DNA of 16,648 nt from Fidelibacterota bacterium (GTDB taxonomy: Bacteria; Fidelibacterota; Marinisomatia; Marinisomatales; TCS56). Location of the stretch: the NCBI GenBank assembly GCA_043822705.1, contig JBDRBK010000101.1, positions 1-16,648 of the forward strand. Reading direction: 5' to 3'. The notes below the pieces were generated by a model, which did not search any database, was not told the DNA's origin, and saw only the letters and a list, made by a program, of their open reading frames with translations. The position numbers and the translations under genes were made by a program. Position 1 is the first letter of the stretch. Each line of letters begins with the position of its first letter. Shown piece after piece: positions 1 through 6,352 of the stretch.

Positions 1-480
1 CTGCAATTGGTGGGCTTTCGTCTGGGACAGGAATTGTTCGGCGTTGATATTTTGAAAGTCCAGGATATCAACCGGCTGATGAAGGTAACAAAAATACCGC
101 ATGCACCTGAATTTGTCGAAGGTGTAATCAATCTGCGCGGTGCTATCCTGCCGGTAATCGATCTGCGCCGCCGTTTCGGTCTGGAGGCCGGCCGCCAGAC
201 TAAATCGACCCGCATAATCGTAGTTCGTGTTAACGAACAGGTGGTGGGATTCGTTGTCGATGCGGTGGAGGAAGTCTTGCGAATTCCCACTGATACAGTT
301 GAGCCGCCCCCGCCGATCGTGGCCGGCATCGACAGCGGTTACATTACAGGCGTAGCCAAATTGAATAAAGCCAAAGATGATAGCAAATCGGATCTATTGA
401 TCCTGCTTGATCTGGATCAGGTTCTCAACCGGGATGAACAGGATCAAATGAAATCATCACTGGAAGAGCATCAAAACTGA
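1..480 (+). CDS. cheW: Chemotaxis scaffold protein CheW (5'-truncated at window edge)
   Basis: The frame is open from base 1 (LQLVGFRLGQELFGVDILKVQDI). It has CheW hallmarks IPHAPEFVEGVINLRGAILPVIDLRRRFGL, RIIVV and VGFVVDAVEEV, and ends at TGA 478-480. Confidence 0.95.
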   Translation: MQLVGFRLGQELFGVDILKVQDINRLMKVTKIPHAPEFVEGVINLRGAILPVIDLRRRFGLEAGRQTKSTRIIVVRVNEQVVGFVVDAVEEVLRIPTDTVEPPPPIVAGIDSGYITGVAKLNKAKDDSKSDLLILLDLDQVLNRDEQDQMKSSLEEHQN

Positions 481-504
481 TCTATTTCCCGGGAGTCGAA
501 TGAT

Positions 505-535
505 AAAAATGCCCCACTTCCCGTGGGGCATTTTT
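505..535 (+). terminator. Rho-independent terminator, potentially bidirectional
   Basis: Perfect 13-bp inverted repeat AAAAATGCCCCAC-ttccc-GTGGGGCATTTTT with A and T tracts on either side, about 25 nt after the cheW stop. Confidence 0.85.
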
Positions 536-546
536 CTATCGATTGA

Positions 547-580
547 CTGGAAAGAATTTCCAGAGACGGAAAAATATTCC
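547..580. promoter_or_regulatory. Tandem palindromes GGAAA-N3-WTTCC, candidate enhancer-binding-protein sites
   Basis: CTGGAAA-gaa-TTTCCAG (547-563) and GGAAA-aat-ATTCC (568-580) are offset by 19 bp and lie about 110-130 bp upstream of a sigma54-like promoter. The same motif recurs upstream of flgB. Confidence 0.5.
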
Positions 581-678
581 CCGGCATCGACTGAGCGCCA
601 GATCAGCAGATCAGGATATTACCGATTAAATAGACGACAGCGGCCAGAATCTTGACGCGGCGGGATTTAACATGCTCT

Positions 679-695
679 TGGTATGAAAATTGAAC
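679..695 (+). promoter_or_regulatory. Sigma54 (RpoN)-type -24/-12 promoter with GA at -12
   Basis: TGGTATG-AAAA-TTGAAC: GG(680-681)-N10-GA(692-693). It matches TGGYAYR-N4-TTGC except for C>A at -12 and closely resembles the element before flgB. Confidence 0.6.
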
Positions 696-813
696 TTGTC
701 AGTCGTAATGATACGACGGATACGCTGCTATGAGACAGGGAAGACTGATGCGATGCAAAATGTTATTCAGAACCGCGAGTGCCAATCCGGTACTTCCGGC
801 GGCAAATTAATGG

Positions 814-1290
814 ATGGCGGATAGAATGGGACAAATTAAACTCATAGAATTTGAACTGAGCGGTCAGAAATATGGTGTGAATATGAATCATATCAAGGAG
901 ATCGTGCGGCTCACCAATATCACCCGGATTCCCAACATGAAGGATTATGTGACCGGCGTTATCAATCTGCGGGGTAACATCGCATTTGCGATCGACCTGC
1001 ACCGGCGTCTGGGGCTGGATTCGGCCAATCTCAACGACCGGGCCCGAATAATTATCGCCAGCAAGGACGAAAACCTGTTCGGTTTTTGCGTCGATCTGGT
1101 ATCGATGGTACATCTGGTGGATGAAGAGAATATTGAGCCGCCGGTGGCCAGTCTGGCCGTACTGGACAATGCATACATCCTGGGAATCGCCAAGATGGAG
1201 GATTACCTGGTAACCGTACTGGACCTCGACCGGCTCATGGATACCGAAGAACTCGTGCTGGAGTTGAGCAGCGAGATGTACGGTTGCTGA
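814..1290 (+). CDS. cheW: Chemotaxis scaffold protein CheW (second copy; start may be ATG 826)
   Basis: Motifs LIEFELSGQKYGVNMNHIKEI, IPNMKDYVTGVINLRGNIAFAIDLHRRLGL and GIAKMEDYLVTVLDLDRL. Confidence 0.93.
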   Translation: MADRMGQIKLIEFELSGQKYGVNMNHIKEIVRLTNITRIPNMKDYVTGVINLRGNIAFAIDLHRRLGLDSANLNDRARIIIASKDENLFGFCVDLVSMVHLVDEENIEPPVASLAVLDNAYILGIAKMEDYLVTVLDLDRLMDTEELVLELSSEMYGC

Positions 1291-1293
1291 TGC

Positions 1294-2124
1294 ATGGCTT
1301 TAATACCTACTACCAACCTGCAGCAATTCCAGGATCCGCTGCTCGGTTGGCTGGCTCAAATGGTGCGCAATGGCAGCCGGCCCGGAGCGAAATACCAGTT
1401 GCTGCTGGATCTGGCCGAAGCCATCCGTTCGGCTCGTACGGGCGTGAATCCAATGGTTCAGATTCTGAATACCGCCGATCCGATCCTGCAGGCGGTACAA
1501 CGGACCATCGCCCGGCACAATTTCCGGTTTGTCTGGAAAAAGATACTGGTAATCGGTTGTTCCGCCGGGGGCGAGGTGGCGCTGCGGACACTGTTCCGCC
1601 AAATCAAATTTCCCCATTTACCGATGATTATCGCCATGCATCATAATCCCGGATTTCAGTTTAGCACGCGCTTCGAACTGGCTAATCAGGTCAGTCAGCG
1701 CTTTGAACCAGCGGGGAACGGTCAATTGATCGACGGCAGCCGGGTCTATTTTTTGCCTTCCCGGGTTCTGCATGAGTTCTCTGTCGGACAGGCAGCTTTT
1801 CTGCAGCAGCCGCTGACCGAACGGCCGCGTTTCCGCCCCGAAATTGATAAAGTCATGAGCAGCACCGCCCGCCGGTTCAACAGTACCGCCGTTGGTATAA
1901 TTCTATCGGGGATGCTGGACGACGGCGCCGAAGGCAGCAAAGCCATGGCGGCTGCCGGCAGCGAGGTCTGGGTGCAGGAACCGGGCTCGGCCCTGTTCAA
2001 GGAAATGCCCAAAGCGGCCCTGCGTGCCACCACCCGTGCCACCAGTCTGTCACTGGCGGCAATGGGCCAGCGTATCAATAATCTTTCCTTCAATCATTTG
2101 ACTCTGGAACCGCTTGCGAGCTGA
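1294..2124 (+). CDS. cheB: CheB-family methylesterase lacking a receiver domain, with an ~80-aa unknown N-terminal region
   Basis: Catalytic triad motifs VIGCS90AGG, IAMH116H and SGMLDD210G are present, as are VWVQEPGSALFKEMPKAA-like C-terminal motifs. The N-terminus has no REC motifs. Confidence 0.85.
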   Translation: MALIPTTNLQQFQDPLLGWLAQMVRNGSRPGAKYQLLLDLAEAIRSARTGVNPMVQILNTADPILQAVQRTIARHNFRFVWKKILVIGCSAGGEVALRTLFRQIKFPHLPMIIAMHHNPGFQFSTRFELANQVSQRFEPAGNGQLIDGSRVYFLPSRVLHEFSVGQAAFLQQPLTERPRFRPEIDKVMSSTARRFNSTAVGIILSGMLDDGAEGSKAMAAAGSEVWVQEPGSALFKEMPKAALRATTRATSLSLAAMGQRINNLSFNHLTLEPLAS

Positions 2125-2126
2125 AT

Positions 2127-2885
2127 ATGAATAGCGGAAAAAACGGTACCTTCCTTGTCCCCAGCCATGTCTATGACGCCCAGCTCAATATTCGCAGCGA
2201 TCTGAAAGTATTTTTCGATTCCAATAAACTATCCACGGCCACCGAATTTTTCCGGATGAGCGGTCTGTATCACGACCTGCAGACCAGCTTGCTGCCGGCG
2301 CTGCTGCCGGAAAAAATAGCATCCGGTCTGCCGTTGCGGATCTGGTCCGCCGGTTGTTCCGACGGTCGTGAACCGTATTCACTGGCGATGATCGTCAAGG
2401 AGTACCTGGCCGCCACCGGTAATGAAAAATTCGGCCGGATTGAAATCCGTGCCTCCGATATCGCTCCCGGTCAGATCGAGATCGCAAAAAAGGGCGTTTA
2501 TCCGGTCAAACAGTCAGACCAGATTAAATTGAAATCATATCAAAATTATTTTTATCTGGATAGTGATCCGAACAAAATCCAGATGGCGCCGGAGTTGAAG
2601 AACTGGATCGATTTTCGGATCGAGGATATCGCCAATCACAGCGGAGCGGGGAATTACGATATCGTTATCTGCGCCCATGTCCTGTTGTACTACGAAAAAT
2701 ATTATTCCGAGCTGATTGTTAAAAAATTAATTCAAACCGTGGCCAGGACCGGTTACATCTATCTGGAGCCAACCAGCTTCAAGACCATGCGTTCGCTGGG
2801 GATGAAAAAAATGAAACCGGAAAGCCATTTTTTCCGGTTCGCCGATGATAATGAAATTGACACCGCCGGTCAGGCCAGCGGCTGA
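2127..2885 (+). CDS. cheR: Divergent CheR-family SAM-dependent methyltransferase lacking most of the N-terminal helical domain
   Basis: Motifs TEFFR, LRIWSAGCSDGREPYSLAM, ASDI and YDIVICAHVLLYY. Only about 38 aa precede TEFFR. Confidence 0.85.
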   Translation: MNSGKNGTFLVPSHVYDAQLNIRSDLKVFFDSNKLSTATEFFRMSGLYHDLQTSLLPALLPEKIASGLPLRIWSAGCSDGREPYSLAMIVKEYLAATGNEKFGRIEIRASDIAPGQIEIAKKGVYPVKQSDQIKLKSYQNYFYLDSDPNKIQMAPELKNWIDFRIEDIANHSGAGNYDIVICAHVLLYYEKYYSELIVKKLIQTVARTGYIYLEPTSFKTMRSLGMKKMKPESHFFRFADDNEIDTAGQASG

Positions 2886-2903
2886 AGTTACAGGAGTAAA
2901 TAA

Positions 2904-4181
2904 ATGGAATATCTGACACCGGAATTTGAGGAACAATCCCAGCCGCGGCAGTGGAAAGAACACGATGGCGCTTTCGATCAGGCGGTGGAACAGTTCGGTT
3001 CGATCGACTCGGATGATCGCCGCTGGGCGATTTATGACCTGGAGGAATACACTCCGACGCTGACGGTCGACCTGATGGTGCGGGCCATCCAGGACGAACA
3101 CCGGGCGGTCCGGGAAGCAGCGGCCGAAGTATTGAGAAACAACCCGGCGGAAATCTGCGCCACCAAACTGGTGCCGCTGCTGGGCGGCCCGCGGATCGAG
3201 GTCCGGAATATTGTCGCCAGTGTCTTGACGTCTCTGGGCGACGGAGCGGTCGATGCCCTGAACCACGCCCTGTTCCATGAGAATGAGGATGTCCGCAAGT
3301 TCGGTGCCGATATTCTCGGCCTGAACGGCAGTCATGAGGCCGTGGCCGAACTCTGTAAAGCCTGTTACGATCCGGTCGAAAATGTGGCCGTATCGGCGGT
3401 GGAAGCGCTGGGTAAAATTCGTTCCGGGGATGCTCTGCCGACCCTGTACGACGTATTCGAAAAAGAAATCTATTTGCGGAAAGAAGCGGTGGAGGCCATC
3501 GGAATGATCGGTGACGCTTCGGCCGTGGCCTTCCTGGAAAGCCGGCTCGATACCGATGACCCGCTGGAATTGTATTCGATCCTGGATGCGCTTGGCAATA
3601 TCGGCGCCGCCGGGATTGTGGACCGCTTGACCGACCTGTTGTCGAATATTGACGGACCGCTCCGGGAGCAGACCTTCTGGACCATCCTGAAAATCGGCCG
3701 CATCAATGAAACCAATGTTCTGAATGGAATCACCTTGCCGCCGGAATTATTCAAGAATGGTTTCGGTTTGAACAATGAACAGCTGGGCTATCTGGATTAC
3801 CAGCTTTCGCTGAAACCGAACCGGCAGGTACTGCAAACCTTTTACCAGCGCAAGGATCAGTTGCCGGTGGGACTTCTGGTTACCCTGGTCAAGTCGACAC
3901 CACCGGAAGCACATTTTGAGGAAGCGGTTTTAAATCTGACTGAACATGCTGATGATTGGCTGGCCTATAGCGCCACCGAAGCACTGGCTCGTTTTGACAG
4001 CCCGGCCGTCAAGTCGGCGATCATGAAAAAACTGAATGAAGGACGCAGCCTGGCGGTGATTGCGGCGATTAAGCTGGCCGTACAATTGGATATCGATGAA
4101 GCCCGCGCAGCAATCGCCAAACTGGTGGAATCCGACGATGAGGACATCAGCACTGCCGCTCGACAGGCGCTGGGAGAGTAG
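2904..4181 (+). CDS. HEAT/PBS-lyase-like repeat protein
   Basis: Repeated bihelical units (VREAAAEVL, VRNIVASVLTSLG, VRKFGADILG, VAVSAVEALGKI, LRKEAVEAIGMIGD, ISTAARQALG). SD AGGAG lies upstream. Confidence 0.88.
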   Translation: MEYLTPEFEEQSQPRQWKEHDGAFDQAVEQFGSIDSDDRRWAIYDLEEYTPTLTVDLMVRAIQDEHRAVREAAAEVLRNNPAEICATKLVPLLGGPRIEVRNIVASVLTSLGDGAVDALNHALFHENEDVRKFGADILGLNGSHEAVAELCKACYDPVENVAVSAVEALGKIRSGDALPTLYDVFEKEIYLRKEAVEAIGMIGDASAVAFLESRLDTDDPLELYSILDALGNIGAAGIVDRLTDLLSNIDGPLREQTFWTILKIGRINETNVLNGITLPPELFKNGFGLNNEQLGYLDYQLSLKPNRQVLQTFYQRKDQLPVGLLVTLVKSTPPEAHFEEAVLNLTEHADDWLAYSATEALARFDSPAVKSAIMKKLNEGRSLAVIAAIKLAVQLDIDEARAAIAKLVESDDEDISTAARQALGE

Positions 4182-4189
4182 CTGGGAGA

Positions 4190-5080
4190 ATGACACCGCC
4201 GTCCCCCGAATTTTACCGTGATCAGGTTCTGTCGCTCACGCGCCTGCCGACCCTGCCGGCCATCGCTGCCGAGATATTGAAGATTACCCGCGATGACCGG
4301 ATGTCGGTGCGCCAGATATTGCCGATCATGGAAAAAGATCCGCCGCTGGCGCTGCGGGTCATGAAAACCGCTAATTCGGCCTATTATGCTGTGCGGGAAA
4401 AAGTCGAATCACTGGGGCGGGCAGTAGTGGTGATCGGTATGCAGGAATTGAGCTATATCGCGCTCAGTTTCTCGGTGCTGAAGATATTGAATCCGGATGG
4501 GGAAGCGGGACCGATCAACTGGACGAAATTCTGGGAACATTCGGTGGCCTGCGGCCATGTGGCCCGGGTTCTCAACAAACGCTGGCGGATCGTCAATACC
4601 AGCAGTCTGTATGCCATGGGTTTGATGCACGACATCGGCAAACTGATTCTGTTCCGGCTCGATCCCAAATTATTCGTGCAAGCCTTTGCGCTGGTCAAAT
4701 CCCGGCAGTTGACCAGCATCGACGCGGAACGGGAAACCTTCGGTATCACCCACCAGGATGTGGGCGGCTGGATCGCCGAAAAATGGGAATTACCCGATTC
4801 GCTGCGTTTGGCCATGGCAAGCCATCATACGCCAGAAACTATTGAACATCCTGATCTGGGCGGCGCCGTGTCGCTGATCCGGGTGGCGGATATATTGTGT
4901 AATTACCGGGCCTTCCGGTTCGGTACCGCTTTTTTGAATGAAATACCGGAAGACGACGGTGCCATCCGCTATTTCAGATCCCGGTTGGGAGAAGAAAGTG
5001 ACTTGGACAGTCTCGCTCTGATTATCGACGAAGAAATCGATAATATTAAAGAATTGGCTAAACTTATGGAAAAACGATAG
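4190..5080 (+). CDS. HDOD-domain protein (HD-related output domain)
   Basis: Motifs LPTLPAIA, KDPPLALRVMKTANSAYY, FWEHSVACG, GLMHDIGKL, E-x-FGITHQDVGGWIAEKWELP and HH. Confidence 0.92.
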   Translation: MTPPSPEFYRDQVLSLTRLPTLPAIAAEILKITRDDRMSVRQILPIMEKDPPLALRVMKTANSAYYAVREKVESLGRAVVVIGMQELSYIALSFSVLKILNPDGEAGPINWTKFWEHSVACGHVARVLNKRWRIVNTSSLYAMGLMHDIGKLILFRLDPKLFVQAFALVKSRQLTSIDAERETFGITHQDVGGWIAEKWELPDSLRLAMASHHTPETIEHPDLGGAVSLIRVADILCNYRAFRFGTAFLNEIPEDDGAIRYFRSRLGEESDLDSLALIIDEEIDNIKELAKLMEKR

Positions 5081-5086
5081 GGCGCT

Positions 5087-5959
5087 ATGGTGGATGCAAC
5101 TTACTCATTCAGGGAAAAAACCCTGAAACTCAATCCGGACAAATTCCGCGAACTGCGGGACATTATCTACGAACGCAGCGGTATCTTTTTTGGTGAACAA
5201 AAACTATATCTGCTGGAAACCCGGCTCTCCAAGCGGATCGCCGCCCTGGGGCTTAATTCGTTCGATGACTATATCCGCCTCATCAGGCACCAGCTCTCCC
5301 ACAGCGAAGAATTCAAGATCATGTTCAACAATATCACGATCAATGAGACCTTCTTCTTCCGCTATCACAACCAGTTGGAAGTATTCGTGCAGAAATTGTT
5401 GCCGCAGATCGCCGCCGGTAACCGCCAGAACGGCCAGCGCAAGGTCAGAATCTGGAGCGCCGGCTGTTCTTCCGGAGAAGAGATTTACACGATCGCCATG
5501 ATGCTCAAGGAGAGTCTCAACGGTACGATCAATATCTGGGACATGGAACTGCTGGCGACCGATATCAGCCAGAAGATGCTGGATAAAGCGACTCTGGGCG
5601 AGTATACTAGCAATTCCTTCCGGCAATCGATGGTGCCGGCCTATAAGTCCAAGTATTTCAAAGATAGCGGCAACGTGGCCACCATTAATACCGAGATCCG
5701 GCGGATGGTCCGTTTCCGGTATCTGAACCTCAATGATATTAATGCCATTCGCGCCAATCACAGTATGGATGTGATTTTCTGCCGGAATGTGTTAATCTAT
5801 TTCGATGAAGCAATGAAGAAGCGGGTTATTCGTGCCTTCTATGATGTCCTGAACCATGGCGGCTATCTGTTTCTGGGCGAGACTGAGTCCATCCATGGTG
5901 TCAGTTCGGCGTTTAAAGTTGAGCACTATCCCGGTGTCTTCATTTACAAGAAAGAATAG
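5087..5959 (+). CDS. cheR: Chemotaxis protein methyltransferase CheR (full-length, canonical)
   Basis: N-terminal helical domain (IYERSGIFF...LLETRLSKR) followed by ITINETFFFR, IWSAGCSSGEEIYTIAM, ATDIS, IFCRNVLIYFD and LFLGETES. Confidence 0.96.
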   Translation: MVDATYSFREKTLKLNPDKFRELRDIIYERSGIFFGEQKLYLLETRLSKRIAALGLNSFDDYIRLIRHQLSHSEEFKIMFNNITINETFFFRYHNQLEVFVQKLLPQIAAGNRQNGQRKVRIWSAGCSSGEEIYTIAMMLKESLNGTINIWDMELLATDISQKMLDKATLGEYTSNSFRQSMVPAYKSKYFKDSGNVATINTEIRRMVRFRYLNLNDINAIRANHSMDVIFCRNVLIYFDEAMKKRVIRAFYDVLNHGGYLFLGETESIHGVSSAFKVEHYPGVFIYKKE

Positions 5960-5972
5960 TCAGGAGTAACAA

Positions 5973-6341
5973 ATGCAAAGGGTTATACTTGTAGCCGATG
6001 ATTCATCAACCGTCCGGAAGTTCGTCTCCTTCAGCCTGAAGCTGCATGAATACGAAGTGGTGACGGCCGTCGATGGAATGGACGCTCTGGAAAAAATGTC
6101 CCAGACCAAAATCGATCTGGCTATCGTTGATCTGAATATGCCCAACATGGACGGTTTCGAGCTGATCAACGCTATCCGTTCTTCGGAAGATTACGATAAA
6201 CTGCCGGTGCTGATCCTGTCCTCGGAGCGCGGTGAAGAAAGCAAGGCCCGGGCGCGCGAGGTCGGGGCTAACGCCTATCTGGTCAAACCGTTCGATGCTA
6301 AAATGTTACAGTACCAGGTAGTAAAATTCTTAAATGATTAA
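5973..6341 (+). CDS. cheY: Single-domain response regulator, CheY-like
   Basis: 122-aa REC domain with LVADDS, IVDLNMPNMDG, ILSS and YLVKPF. It has an SD AGGAG and sits directly before cheA. Confidence 0.85.
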   Translation: MQRVILVADDSSTVRKFVSFSLKLHEYEVVTAVDGMDALEKMSQTKIDLAIVDLNMPNMDGFELINAIRSSEDYDKLPVLILSSERGEESKARAREVGANAYLVKPFDAKMLQYQVVKFLND

Positions 6342-6352
6342 CGGAGACGGCC

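Noticed and set aside
603..628. Sigma28-like TCAG...ACCGATTA
   Set aside because: Both boxes are mismatched and the spacer is 14 nt. The sigma54-like element at 679-695 is better supported.
543..680. Sigma70 -35-like hexamers TTGACT (543) and TTGACG (652)
   Set aside because: No acceptable -10 hexamer at 16-18 nt spacing.
1284..1646. 120-aa alternative-frame + strand ORF overlapping cheB
   Set aside because: It has no recognisable motif, and the overlapping frame carries the CheB catalytic residues.
2079..2130. Possible frameshifted CheB-CheR fusion
   Set aside because: cheB ends after a complete esterase domain, cheR has its own ATG 2 nt later, and there is no slippery site. A fusion would not restore the missing CheR N-terminal domain.
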